Assembly (NCBI GenBank): GCA_964585475.1
Contig: CAZPDF010000003.1
Span: forward strand, 7,983 to 71,982
Reading direction: 5' to 3'
From: an uncultured Candidatus Saccharibacteria bacterium
Lineage (GTDB): Bacteria; Patescibacteriota; Minisyncoccia; Sungbacterales; HO2-52-23
DNA: 64,000 nt
In this document: piece after piece, positions 19,642-29,478 of the stretch
How positions within the stretch are numbered: position 1 is the stretch's first letter
How the letters are laid out: each line of letters starts with the position of its first letter
Notes under the pieces: generated by a model
The model's database searches: none
What the model was told of the DNA's origin: nothing
Seen by the model: only the letters and a program-made list of their open reading frames with translations
Program-made: the position numbers and the translations under genes

Positions 19642-20373
19642 ATGTCCGGTCATTCCAGGTGGGCGCAGATAAAACATAAAAAAGCACTTACCGACGCTAA
19701 AAAGGGCCAGCTTTTTTCTAAGCTAGTTCGAGAAATTATGGTCGCCGTTAGGGCCGGCGGGGCGGGCCTCGATACGAACCCGCGTCTTCGCTCGGCAATG
19801 GAGCGCGCGAGAAGCATCGGCTTACCTAAAGACAACATTGACCGCGCCGTCTCGCGCGCATCTGGCGGGGAAGATGGCACGACGCTACAGGAATTTCTCT
19901 TTGAGGCCGCATCTCCGGACGGGGTCTTGCTAATTATTGAGGGGATTACCGACAACCGGAATAGGGCCCTTGCCGAGATACGACACATACTCGCCGGCTT
20001 CGGCGCGAAACTGGCAAGCCCCGGAAGCGTTTTATGGAACTTCGAGAAAGTGGGCTTAATTGAACTCGCGCCCGGGACGGGCGCTGCCAAAACCGAGGAG
20101 GAGGCTGGGCTTGCCATCATTGATGCGGGGGCGCATGACTTTAAAGTCGCGGATGATTTATGGATTGTCGAAACGGACTTCCACAATAGAGATCGCGTAC
20201 ACAAAAACCTTGAAAAACGCGGTCTAGAGACAAAAGGGGTCGGTCATGATTATAAACCGCGCGCCACCGTATCGCCTCCGGAAAACACGAAGGGCCGGAC
20301 AGAAGAACTATTAGACGCCCTAGCCGAACATGAAGATGTGCAGGAAGTGTATACTAACCTCCAAGAGGAATAG
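19642..20373 (+). CDS. yebC: YebC/PmpR family protein
   Basis: MSGHSRWAQIKHKK, NPRLR, PKDNIDRA, TDNRNR, EDVQEVYTN. Confidence 0.96.
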   Translation: MSGHSRWAQIKHKKALTDAKKGQLFSKLVREIMVAVRAGGAGLDTNPRLRSAMERARSIGLPKDNIDRAVSRASGGEDGTTLQEFLFEAASPDGVLLIIEGITDNRNRALAEIRHILAGFGAKLASPGSVLWNFEKVGLIELAPGTGAAKTEEEAGLAIIDAGAHDFKVADDLWIVETDFHNRDRVHKNLEKRGLETKGVGHDYKPRATVSPPENTKGRTEELLDALAEHEDVQEVYTNLQEE

Positions 20374-20384
20374 TCTCCAGTTCC

Positions 20385-20462
20385 CAATTATCAATTATTA
20401 GTAAATTTTCGATGAACCAGTTTTCAATCAATTGAAAATTGAAAATTGAAAATTGAAAATTG
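20385..20462. repeat. Heptamer (TTGAAAA)n inverted/tandem array
   Basis: ttttcaat..caattgaaaattgaaaattgaaaattgaaaattg. Confidence 0.8.
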
Positions 20463-20941
20463 TGATTATATTAGGTATTGATCCCGGAACTACGTCCATC
20501 GGCTACGCAGCCATCGACGGGGAAATCGGAGAACCGCGGCTTCTTACTGCAGACCTAATCCGTATTCCCGGCGGTTCCACGCCCCAAAAGCTGTTAGATC
20601 TCCACGAGCGACTGGCCGGGATTCTGAAGGAAATGGGGCCCGACCTCGTGGCCGTTGAGCGGCTATTTTTTGCAAAGAACCAAAAAACGGCCATGGCCGT
20701 TGCCGAAGCGCGCGGAGTAATCCTGTTGACAAGTTCCCTTGCACGAATTAGGGTACTTGAGTATACTCCGCTTGAAGTTAAAAAACTGGTTGCCGGATAC
20801 GGAAACGTGGACAAAGCCCAGCTTAAAAAGGCCGTTATCCTCACCCTGCCGCAAGCAAGAAATATTAGCGGGCCGGATGACGTGTTTGATGCGATCGCCA
20901 TCGCGCTTGCCTGCTTCTACATGGAACGCCGGAAATTTTAA
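20462..20941 (+). CDS. ruvC: Crossover junction endodeoxyribonuclease RuvC
   Basis: ILGIDPG, VAVERLFFAKN, AEARGV, EYTPLEVK, DDVFDAIAIA; GTG start inferred. Confidence 0.96.
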   Translation: MIILGIDPGTTSIGYAAIDGEIGEPRLLTADLIRIPGGSTPQKLLDLHERLAGILKEMGPDLVAVERLFFAKNQKTAMAVAEARGVILLTSSLARIRVLEYTPLEVKKLVAGYGNVDKAQLKKAVILTLPQARNISGPDDVFDAIAIALACFYMERRKF

Positions 20942-21352
20942 TAAGCCCCCGGCTTTCCACGGGCCTGTCCGCGAGTTAGCGTAGTGCGCATATTTAAGTG
21001 ATGACACCGAGCCCCTTCTTAACTCTGCGCACGGGCGTATGGCCGGCGGGGTATTCGTGAGTATAAAAGATAAATAGTCGGCCCCCTTCTTTGCAGCGCT
21101 CTCCCGCCAACCCCGGTACGAGAAATCCTTCGGATTTCCGTACGGGGCGAGAAATAATGTTACTGATGTAATACTTTACATCTCGTCCCGTATCCTCCGC
21201 GTGTAACGAGGAGTGGTACGGGATAAAACGGGAGAGCTTACGGGCGAAGCGGCGCCGGAGAAAGGTCGAACCGTCCTTCGACAAGCTCAAGATAATATAT
21301 TTGATAGTGAGCGAAGTCGAACCATATAAACCACTATACCTACAGGAGAGTT

Positions 21353-21502
21353 ATGGCCCACATGTACTACGATCAATTTTCTCTTAACCAGGAACCAAAA
21401 GAACTCGGCGACGTGGAGGATGTAGATGCGGATGACGCCGCAGGAGGTGCCGTCCTTGACGAGGAGGAGGAGGACTTGGAGGATGAGGACGAAGATGCCT
21501 AA
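21353..21502 (+). CDS. Small highly acidic protein (49 aa), not in the ORF track
   Basis: AGGAG RBS; MAHMYYDQFSLNQEPKELGDVEDVDADDAAGGAVLDEEEEDLEDEDEDA*. Confidence 0.65.
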   Translation: MAHMYYDQFSLNQEPKELGDVEDVDADDAAGGAVLDEEEEDLEDEDEDA

Positions 21503-21503
21503 G

Positions 21504-21699
21504 CATGCCCGGTATTAGTCTTCGACAGTAATATTATGCGGCCCCGAATTTTAAAATAGACCACATTGATTTTGTGAGGGCTTCAGAGCCGGCTCCGTCT
21601 ATCTGCGAGAAACACCCTGCCGAGAGGGTCGCCAAAGGCGAACCGGTCGAGGTTGTATTTACGGGGCAAAGCCGCAGCCGAAGAGTTACTCCCGGGCGT
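21504..21699 (-). other. Structured repeat element copy 3 / candidate ncRNA
   Basis: Shares tagtcttcgRcagtaat..gcggccccgaattt and ggcaaagcYgcagccgaagagttactcccgggc with copy 2. Confidence 0.7.
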
Positions 21700-21732
21700 G
21701 GATTTCGGCACTTGGCTCCACTTAAGAAATTT

Positions 21733-21766
21733 AAAAACCGTCCCGACTAGAGTCGGGGCGGTTTTT
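21733..21766. terminator. Bidirectional intrinsic terminator
   Basis: aaaaaccgtcccgac-taga-gtcggggcggttttt. Confidence 0.75.
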
Positions 21767-21818
21767 GCTTTTTGCTGGTACCGCGTGGGCGGGATTAAGT
21801 TATAACGGCGCCGGGGGC

Positions 21819-23012
21819 CTACACGATCCGCACAAACTTCTTTTTCCCCACCCGTACGACAGCCCCACTTTTTACGTCCCTCTTCTCGCCGGCTCGCAAA
21901 ACTTTTCCTTCCACTTCTACCGCGCCTTGACGGATGAGGCGACGCGCTTCGGATTTCGACGGCGCAAGGCCTGAGGCCATCAGCAGTTCCATCGGACCCC
22001 ACTCGCCATGCCTAAGCCGAACTTCCGGAATTCCCCCCGCTGGAATCTCTTTTTTTGAAAACAGCGTGAGAAACTTCGTGCGCTCCCGTAGGGCTACGCG
22101 CTGGCCGTGGTACCTTCGAACGAGGGCCGAAGCCAAGAATAATTTTGCCTCCATAAGGTTCTTCCCCCGCCCCAATTCCCGCTCCATATTTTCTATATCG
22201 GCGAGCGGCACATCGGTGTACGCCTTAAGATACGGAATAATCAACGAGTCGGCCAGCCGCATCGTCTTTCCAAATTTGTCCTGTGGGGAGTCTGCAAGGC
22301 CAATGTAATTTCCGAGCGACTTCGACATCTTCTCGCCCCCATCAAGCCCGGGCGTGATGGTGGTCGTAATTAAAACCTGCGGGGGTTGCCCAAATTTTTC
22401 CTGAAGGAGTCGTCCGGCCCCCTCATTAAACAATTGGTCGCTACCTATAATCGTGAGGTCGGATCCCAACATAACCGAATCGTATCCTTGGAGAATCGGG
22501 TACACGAGCTCCGTTAAAACTATCTCTTTGCCTGCCGCCATTCGCTTCTTAAACATGTCGCGTTCGATCATGCGCGAGTGGGTAAAAAAAGACATCAGCC
22601 GAAGAAGGTCGGCGGCCTTCATGCGCGAATACCATTCGGAGTTTTTACGTACCTCGAATACCTTTTTTCCCGTACGTAGAATCTCGCCCGCCTCGGCGAT
22701 GAAGTTCTTGGCCCAAGAATCCACATCCTCCGGGGAAGCCTTGCGGCGCGCCTCCAGTCTGCCCGTGGGGTCTCCGATCGTGGTGGTAAAGTCTCCAATA
22801 AGAAAAACGACTTTGTGCCCGTAGTCCTGAAGCTCGCGCATCTTCCAGAGATTAACCGCGTGCCCAATGTGCAGGCTGGTGGCGGTCACGTCCGCCCCGA
22901 ATTTAATTCGCAGCTTGCGGCCGCTCGCAAGAAGCTTCCCCAGACTTTCCGCCGTAATAATATTCTCAACTGAGCGGCTAAAAACTTCCGCACCAAGAGT
23001 AAGTTTTTCCAT
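21819..23012 (-). CDS. tyrS: Tyrosine--tRNA ligase
   Basis: HIGH, KMSKS, YPILQGYD, GSDQLFN, C-terminal S4 domain. Confidence 0.97.
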   Translation of the reverse strand: MEKLTLGAEVFSRSVENIITAESLGKLLASGRKLRIKFGADVTATSLHIGHAVNLWKMRELQDYGHKVVFLIGDFTTTIGDPTGRLEARRKASPEDVDSWAKNFIAEAGEILRTGKKVFEVRKNSEWYSRMKAADLLRLMSFFTHSRMIERDMFKKRMAAGKEIVLTELVYPILQGYDSVMLGSDLTIIGSDQLFNEGAGRLLQEKFGQPPQVLITTTITPGLDGGEKMSKSLGNYIGLADSPQDKFGKTMRLADSLIIPYLKAYTDVPLADIENMERELGRGKNLMEAKLFLASALVRRYHGQRVALRERTKFLTLFSKKEIPAGGIPEVRLRHGEWGPMELLMASGLAPSKSEARRLIRQGAVEVEGKVLRAGEKRDVKSGAVVRVGKKKFVRIV

Positions 23013-23070
23013 ACTGCCATCCTAGCAGACCTCTCTAGAAATTTCCATAAATTTTTAGTACACTGGTTCC

Positions 23071-25620
23071 GTGATGTCTACTGCTTATCTGAGGAAAAAG
23101 AGAAACCGGCGGGCGGTTGTTTTTTTGATTTTAGTTTTTGTTTCGGCCGGATGCGTGTCCGCAGCTGCATATGCTTATTCGCTTTTCAAGGACTTGCCGG
23201 ATCCGGCGCGCATCAATGAACGCATGATAGTGGAGTCGACCAAAATTTATGACCGGTCCGGCAAGATTTTGCTCTACGAAGTCCACGGCGAGGAGAAAAG
23301 AACCGTGGTGGCGCTACAAGAAATACCCACGACTGTCCGGGCGGCCACGCTGGCCGCAGAGGACATCGGTTTTTATCGGCACCACGGACTCGACTGGCGG
23401 GGAATTCTTCGTGCTGTTGTAAAAAATTTCGTCCGCAGGGACATCAGCCAGGGCGGATCTACCATCACGCAGCAGCTGATAAAAAACTCAATTTTGACGG
23501 GCGAGCAGACTTTCAGAAGAAAATTCCGCGAAGCGTTCTTGGCCATACTTCTCGAGAAAAAATATTCTAAGAACGAGATCCTTGAACTCTATCTTAACCA
23601 GATACCTTACGGCTCAAACGCGTACGGGGTTGCATCCGCCGCCGAAACTTATTTTGCAAAACCGGTCCGAGAGCTTACGCTTGCTGAAGCGGCCACGCTT
23701 GCCTCGCTCCCCAAGGCCCCCACCTACTATTCTCCTTACGGGTCGCACCGCGAAGAGTTAATAAGGCGGCGCGATTGGGTCCTAGACAGAATGCTGGAAG
23801 AAAATTTGGTTTCGGGCGAAGCGGTGGCGGAGGCCAAAGGGTCCGCTCTCCGATTCAGTCCTCCTAAGCAGTCCCTCCGCGCGCCCCACTTTGTACTCTA
23901 TATTCGCGAGTACCTAAACCAAAAATACGGCGAGGAGTTTGTGGAGCAGGGCGGCCTCCGCGTAATTACTACGCTGGACTGGAGGCTCCAGGAGATTGCG
24001 GAAAAAATCGTGCGGGAGGGGGCCGGAGAGAACGAAAAATTAGTGCAGGCGGCAAACGCCGCCCTCGTTGCCGTTGACCCCCGCTCCGGTGAGATCCTTT
24101 CTATGGTCGGCTCCCAAAACTACTGGGGCAAACCTCTTCCCGAGGGCTGCTCTCCCGGGATTAACTGTCGCTTTGATCCGCATGTAAACATTGTTCTGCG
24201 ATCACGCCAGCCGGGATCGGCATTCAAGCCGTTTGTGTATGCAACCGCGTTCAAGAAGGGATACACGCCCGAAACCGTGCTTTTTGACGTGCCCACCGAA
24301 TTTAATCCAAATTGCAACGTCGATGGAACTCCGGGCCCTTTAATCAAAGAGGAAAAAGAGTGCTACCACCCTCAAAACTATGACGGGCGCTTCCGGGGCC
24401 CGGTCTCCCTACGACAAGCCCTCGCCCAGAGCCTTAATGTCCCTTCGGCAAAATTACTTTATCTTGCCGGGGTTGAGGATTCGATTAGAACGGCCTCCGA
24501 CATGGGAATTACCACACTGACGGACCCCGCCCGCTACGGCTTGTCTCTGGTTCTCGGAGGAGCGGAGGTAACGCTGCTTGAGATGGTGTCCTCTTTCGGC
24601 GCACTCGCCCAGGACGGCGTACTTCATCCCAAGATCGGAATCTTGAGAATCGAGGACGCACGCGGCAGAATTTTGGAAGAAAAAAAAGAAACGTCTCTAC
24701 CGGTACTTGATACTGAAATTGCCCGCATTTTGAACGACATCATGTCCGATAATGATTCTCGCGTCCCGATCTTCAGCCCCCGAAGCTCCCTCTATTTCCC
24801 GGGCCGCCAGGTTGCGGCCAAGACCGGAACCACACAAGACTTCCGTGACGCATGGGTAGTCGGATATACGCCCTCGATCGCCGCAGGCGTCTGGGTGGGG
24901 AATAACAACAACACGCCCATGAACCAGTCCGGCCTTTCCGTTATGGTCGCTGGCCCCATCTGGCATAAGTTTCTCGAGATAGCCATCGCCTCAACCACCC
25001 CGGAAGAATTTCCGAAACCGGAACAGGCCCGCCCCGAGAAACCGATTCTCCGAGGCCTATACCGCGCCGGCCCGGTAATAAAAATTGACCAGATATCAAA
25101 AAAACTTGCTACCGAATTCACGCCTCCGGAACTCATCGGAGAGATAAGTACCGGAGAGATAAAAACCATTCTTGCGTATATAGATAAGGGCACTCCTCAC
25201 GGGGGGGTCCCGTCCGATCCTTCCTCCGATCCGCAGTATAAAAACTGGCAGGGCTCGATTGAAAATTGGCTTCGTGAAAATGCGCTTCCCGCGGGTGAGA
25301 TACCGCTCGAATATGACGACCTCCACGTTCCGGAAAAAAGACCGCACCTCGCTTTAAAAAAACCGGAGGGTGCTGTGGTGCGGGCCGAGGAGCTGCCCGA
25401 GGTTGTTGTAGAAATCGTCTCTACTTTTCCCCTCCGGGAAGTGGCTCTTTTCCTCAATGACGAAATCGCGGCCTCCCGCACCGCCCCTATTCTCACGAGC
25501 GGCGTTTCATTTCCTTTAGAAATATTACTGACACCGGGCCCATACAAAATAAAAATAACCGCTTATGATGTGGTGGGGAATAAAGAAATACTTGAGCGGG
25601 AGATTACGGTGAGCGAGTGA
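23071..25620 (+). CDS. Class A penicillin-binding protein (PBP1A family)
   Basis: TM anchor; EDIGFYRHHG, GGSTITQQLIKN; SAFK, SLN and KTG transpeptidase motifs; C-terminal Ig-like domain. Confidence 0.95.
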   Translation: MMSTAYLRKKRNRRAVVFLILVFVSAGCVSAAAYAYSLFKDLPDPARINERMIVESTKIYDRSGKILLYEVHGEEKRTVVALQEIPTTVRAATLAAEDIGFYRHHGLDWRGILRAVVKNFVRRDISQGGSTITQQLIKNSILTGEQTFRRKFREAFLAILLEKKYSKNEILELYLNQIPYGSNAYGVASAAETYFAKPVRELTLAEAATLASLPKAPTYYSPYGSHREELIRRRDWVLDRMLEENLVSGEAVAEAKGSALRFSPPKQSLRAPHFVLYIREYLNQKYGEEFVEQGGLRVITTLDWRLQEIAEKIVREGAGENEKLVQAANAALVAVDPRSGEILSMVGSQNYWGKPLPEGCSPGINCRFDPHVNIVLRSRQPGSAFKPFVYATAFKKGYTPETVLFDVPTEFNPNCNVDGTPGPLIKEEKECYHPQNYDGRFRGPVSLRQALAQSLNVPSAKLLYLAGVEDSIRTASDMGITTLTDPARYGLSLVLGGAEVTLLEMVSSFGALAQDGVLHPKIGILRIEDARGRILEEKKETSLPVLDTEIARILNDIMSDNDSRVPIFSPRSSLYFPGRQVAAKTGTTQDFRDAWVVGYTPSIAAGVWVGNNNNTPMNQSGLSVMVAGPIWHKFLEIAIASTTPEEFPKPEQARPEKPILRGLYRAGPVIKIDQISKKLATEFTPPELIGEISTGEIKTILAYIDKGTPHGGVPSDPSSDPQYKNWQGSIENWLRENALPAGEIPLEYDDLHVPEKRPHLALKKPEGAVVRAEELPEVVVEIVSTFPLREVALFLNDEIAASRTAPILTSGVSFPLEILLTPGPYKIKITAYDVVGNKEILEREITVSE

Positions 25621-25621
25621 G

Positions 25622-25684
25622 GGGCTGTCTGGGAAGTCCGTTTCGTCGCGAAATTGCAGAATAATGGCTTTCCGGACAACTTCT
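25622..25684. mobile_element. Possible MITE with imperfect TIRs
   Basis: gggctgtctgggaagtc ... ggctttccggacaacttc between convergent genes. Confidence 0.4.
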
Positions 25685-25698
25685 AAGGCCGCCGCCTC

Positions 25699-26802
25699 TT
25701 AGGACGCGCGTATGGGCATCACAACGTAAAGATACGATCCGCCGGATTTATTGCGCAGCATTGAGGGCGCGTTTTGAGAGTTAAGACCGAAGAATAGTTC
25801 CTCCTCGTCCAAAGCATTTAATCCGTCCAGTAAGAATCTGTGGTTAAAGCTCACGCTAATCCCTTTTCCGGTAACGGCGGCCGGGAGCTTGGTTTTGTAT
25901 TCTCCGATCTCTGTATTATTTGAGGCGATCTCGAGTACCCCTTTTTTTTCTTGAATAGTGAGCGCCACCTCTTGCATTTTGGAGGTAAAAATGCTTGAGG
26001 CGCGAATGGTATCAATCAGACCTTCCCGTTTTAGAAAACACGTGGTTTCGAAATTTTTGGGAACAATGGATGAGTACTCGGGAAAAACCCCATCAATAAG
26101 GCGGGAGATCACCCGCAGGCCCCCGGTTTGAAATTCCACTTGATTCTCCCCGAGTGAAATTTTTACGTCGTCGTCTCCGCCCAAAATTCTTGCAAGCTCG
26201 GTGCTCACGCGTTGCGGCAAGATAAACGAAAAATTGCCCCCTTCGTTATTTTTTAGAATCGGCGCTTGGTGCTCGGCTAGCCTGAAGGTGTCGGTTGCTG
26301 CCAGCTGCAGACTTTTCTCTGTAATTTTAAAATAGACGCCCGCTAGCTCCGGCTTGAACTCGGATAAAGATACAGCCGGAATTACCCTTTCCAAGCCCCT
26401 TTTTAATTGAAAACTCTCCATGGCACATGTGTTCTTTTTTTTTATTTTGGGGAGAAGCGGGAAATCTTCCGCGGAAATGCCGTTAATTCTTATATCTCGC
26501 GCCGGGGTTTTAACAAATAAGTTCCCTTGTTTTTCTTCGAGTTCGATTTTTTCCTCTCGTAATGACTGGAGGAGTGAACTTATGATCTTGGCCGGAACGC
26601 TAATCTGCCCTGGGCGAACCCCCTCTCCTGGAAGAATAACTTCCACTGCATACTCAAGGTTAGTTGCAATTATCTTCAACGAATTTTTTTCTACCTCCAG
26701 CAGCACATTTCCCAATATGGGAAGGGTGGCATTTTTCCCGGAAAATCTTTCGGCAATCATCACGGCCGGGGCCAAATTTTCCTTCATGCATGAAAATTTC
26801 AT
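25699..26802 (-). CDS. dnaN: DNA polymerase III beta sliding clamp
   Basis: LPILGNVLL, ATNLE, AATDTFRLA, RLIDGVFPEY, YVVMPIR. Confidence 0.97.
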   Translation of the reverse strand: MKFSCMKENLAPAVMIAERFSGKNATLPILGNVLLEVEKNSLKIIATNLEYAVEVILPGEGVRPGQISVPAKIISSLLQSLREEKIELEEKQGNLFVKTPARDIRINGISAEDFPLLPKIKKKNTCAMESFQLKRGLERVIPAVSLSEFKPELAGVYFKITEKSLQLAATDTFRLAEHQAPILKNNEGGNFSFILPQRVSTELARILGGDDDVKISLGENQVEFQTGGLRVISRLIDGVFPEYSSIVPKNFETTCFLKREGLIDTIRASSIFTSKMQEVALTIQEKKGVLEIASNNTEIGEYKTKLPAAVTGKGISVSFNHRFLLDGLNALDEEELFFGLNSQNAPSMLRNKSGGSYLYVVMPIRAS

Positions 26803-27030
26803 AATTTTACATGGGACCCCATTTTAACAACAATAATAATAAATTACGTTATATTTAAATTTATTGTTATTATTAGAGAAAGACAACCTGTGGATTCGAT
26901 GGATTTGTTAAGTAAGTAACACATTCTTGGCGCAAAAGCTGGCAGGTATATGTTGGGTAAACCCTGTGCGAAAAATAGAAAAGAGTAGGCGGCTCGCGAT
27001 ATCCCCTGGCCGCACCCACACTTTATCCAT
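26803..27030. promoter_or_regulatory. Probable oriC (AT-rich unwinding element plus degenerate DnaA boxes)
   Basis: dnaA-dnaN intergenic; very AT-rich 26822-26880; box-like tgtggattc, tgtgcgaaa, ttatccata. Confidence 0.6.
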
Positions 27031-28408
27031 AGTAAACCTTATCTCTAACCAAGCGGATTTCCTCCTCCAGTTCAGTGTTTATTTTCAGCAAATTAGCAAT
27101 TTTTTCACAGGAGTGGATGGCCGTTGTATGGTCACGGCCGCCGAATCTTTCGCCGATGGAAGGGTAAGAGCTCTTGAGTTCGTCGCGCATCAAGTACATC
27201 GCGATTTGCCGCGGCTTCACAATATCACGCCTCCTAGAATGACTGATGAGCTCCCGTTCTTCAATATCGTAAAATTCGGACACCGCCTTCAAAATTTTCT
27301 TAGCGGACGCAAACTTTTTGGCAACGGTTTGGTGATTCGAGAGAATTTTTTTTACGGCCTCCACGTCCACGGGGGCGGAGGAGAGTTTAGCCGCCATGAC
27401 CACGCGGTTTAAGGCCCCCTCTAGCTCCCGGATGTTGGTTTTAATCACCTCGGCAACATGTTCAAGCACCGCATCCGGAAGAGAAACGGACTTGGCGGAG
27501 GCCTTGGTCTTCAGTATGAGAAGTCGGGTTTCAAAGTCAGGAAGGCCGATGTCCGCAATCATGCCTCCCTCAAACCGCGAGCGGAGGCGTTCTTCGAGGG
27601 TGGGGATCGCGCTCGGCGGCCGATCGGACGAAATAACAATCTGCTTATTTTTTTCAAATAACGAATTGAAAGTATGGAAGAATTCTTCCTGCATCTTCTC
27701 GGTCCGGGCAATAAACTGGATATCGTCGATAATAAGGAGATCAACCCCGCGGTACTTTTCTTTGAGCCGGCCCATTTCCTGGTTTTTTAACGCATCCACG
27801 ATCTCGCCCATATACTTCTCTGAAGGAACATAGCGCACGCGTATCCCCGGAGTTTTCTTTAGAAGCTCGTTACCTATGGCTTGGATCAGGTGCGTTTTAC
27901 CAAGGCCGACCCCGCCGTATATGAAAAGAGGGTTATAACTTGTGCCTGTATTTTTTATGACCGATTGGGAGGCGGCGTGTGCCAGTTCGTTAAAGGAGCC
28001 GACTATGAAATTGTCAAAAGAATACCGGGGATTAAGGTTGGTCTCCGGGTCGACCAAAAGCTCCCTCATGGAGAGCTCGTCTCCCTCGGATGGCGGCAGG
28101 GGCCCCACGCGTTTCCGTTTGGCCAGACGGTCTTTTAACGCCACGGCCACGCCTGCGCCTTCAGGTTTGCCGATAACGTAGCTCACGTCCTTGATCTCGG
28201 AGGAGATTTCCCGCAGGGCGTGAAGAATTGTCTTGTGGTATTTATTCTGCAGCCATTCCCGGGCGAATCCATTCGGAACAAAAACGGTGGCGATCCCGCC
28301 GTCCACCTCCGTAATTCCTGTCTCCTGAAACCAGGTAAGAAAACTAGGACGCGAAATATTAAGTTCGATTTTTGCCAGAACGGCTTGCCAAAGTTCGGTC
28401 TTTTCCAT
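27023..28408 (-). CDS. dnaA: Chromosomal replication initiator DnaA
   Basis: YNPLFIYGGVGLGKTHL, DDIQF, RLRSRFEGG, NIRELEGAL, GGRDHTT. Confidence 0.99.
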   Translation of the reverse strand: MEKTELWQAVLAKIELNISRPSFLTWFQETGITEVDGGIATVFVPNGFAREWLQNKYHKTILHALREISSEIKDVSYVIGKPEGAGVAVALKDRLAKRKRVGPLPPSEGDELSMRELLVDPETNLNPRYSFDNFIVGSFNELAHAASQSVIKNTGTSYNPLFIYGGVGLGKTHLIQAIGNELLKKTPGIRVRYVPSEKYMGEIVDALKNQEMGRLKEKYRGVDLLIIDDIQFIARTEKMQEEFFHTFNSLFEKNKQIVISSDRPPSAIPTLEERLRSRFEGGMIADIGLPDFETRLLILKTKASAKSVSLPDAVLEHVAEVIKTNIRELEGALNRVVMAAKLSSAPVDVEAVKKILSNHQTVAKKFASAKKILKAVSEFYDIEERELISHSRRRDIVKPRQIAMYLMRDELKSSYPSIGERFGGRDHTTAIHSCEKIANLLKINTELEEEIRLVRDKVYYG

Positions 28409-28423
28409 AAGGATCAAAAACAC

Positions 28424-28560
28424 GGTTGTTTAACGCACAAGGTCTATTATACAATATATTTGCAACCCGGCCCCTATGCAGATTTGTGGAAAGGGTGTTG
28501 ATGGCCTGTGAATAAAAAAAACGTTGACTGCCGGGCGAAACGTTGCATAAAAATTTGACT
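28424..28560. promoter_or_regulatory. dnaA upstream region with DnaA-box-like sites and divergent promoters
   Basis: tgtggaaag and tgtgaataa sites; TATAAT on the minus strand; TTGACT-17 nt-TATGTT toward rpmH. Confidence 0.55.
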
Positions 28561-28591
28561 ATAAAAACCCTTTATTGTATGTTTTGTTAAT

Positions 28592-28726
28592 ATGTCCGTT
28601 ACCTATCAGCCGTCGAAAATTAAGAGAAAGCGCGCCCACGGGTTCAGGAAGCGAATGAGGGGGTCGACCGGGCGCCGAGTGCTTGCGAGACGCCGAGCCA
28701 AAAAGCGGGAGAAACTTAGCCCATGA
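28592..28726 (+). CDS. rpmH: 50S ribosomal protein L34 (not in the ORF track)
   Basis: [40 protein letters not shown]. Confidence 0.97.
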   Translation: MSVTYQPSKIKRKRAHGFRKRMRGSTGRRVLARRRAKKREKLSP

Positions 28727-29055
28727 AAAAGCTCTATCGGTTGCAGGGCCACCGTGAGTTTAGGGCGCTGCTTTCTCGCGGACGCAGAAGAGATGCCCCC
28801 CTATTTCGGATTATATTCAAGCAGAGCGACCTGGTTCATTCCCGATACGCCTTTGTTGCTTCGCGCGCAGTGGACAAAAGATCTGCAGCGCGCCACCGGC
28901 TCATTCGACGCGCCAGAGAATGGGCCAGGAAGCAGCCGAGCCGGGCGGCGAGCAAGTTCGACATAGCCATTTTTTTTAAGAAAGACGCGGCGCGGGCCCC
29001 GCGTAAAATATTTTATGAAGAACTCGACAAAACATTTTCCGAAATTACTCGCTGA
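28723..29055 (+). CDS. rnpA: Ribonuclease P protein component
   Basis: [31 protein letters not shown] (RNR-like motif); synteny after rpmH. Confidence 0.9.
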   Translation: MKKLYRLQGHREFRALLSRGRRRDAPLFRIIFKQSDLVHSRYAFVASRAVDKRSAARHRLIRRAREWARKQPSRAASKFDIAIFFKKDAARAPRKIFYEELDKTFSEITR

Positions 29056-29296
29056 TCTTGCTGTATTTATTCTCCGTTTCTATCAAAAAACAATTTCGCC
29101 CGATCACGGAATTTTAGCCGGTGTTTGGGGAGGAGCACGGTGCCATTTTTTTCCTTCCTGCTCAGAATACGCGGTCGCCGCCATCCGTCAATATGGACTA
29201 ACATGCGGGTCTGTGGTGTCGCTTAAAAGAATTGCGCGCTGTCATCCGTGGAGTGCGGGAGGGTACGACCCCGTAGTCTTAAAACCGAAATCCTAA
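29015..29296 (+). CDS. yidD: Membrane protein insertion efficiency factor YidD
   Basis: YQKTISP, CHFFPSCSEY, RCHPW..GGYDP. Confidence 0.93.
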   Translation: MKNSTKHFPKLLADLAVFILRFYQKTISPDHGILAGVWGGARCHFFPSCSEYAVAAIRQYGLTCGSVVSLKRIARCHPWSAGGYDPVVLKPKS

Positions 29297-29478
29297 ACCC
29301 GAAATTCTAAACCGACCGTAGGTCGTCCTGAACGAAGTGAGGTCCCTAAGTCGCCGGAGGCGACCGGGATCCCGGCCGAAGGCCTAGGGAGAACTCGGGG
29401 CTCCTTCGTCGCTTCGCTCCTCAGGACGGCGTCCTAAGGGACGTCAGTTTAGGATCTAGTGCTTAGGATTTAGAATTT
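29281..29478. repeat. Three-layer nested palindromic element
   Basis: Heptamer IR arms > GTCGTCCTGA..TCAGGACGGC element > GTCCCTAAG..CGGGATCCCG..TAGGGA element. Confidence 0.85.

Noticed and set aside
20994-21290. 98-aa minus-strand ORF
   Set aside because: Its start lies in a palindrome remnant (MSLSKDGST) and it has no recognisable motif; it may be a decayed gene but cannot be supported.
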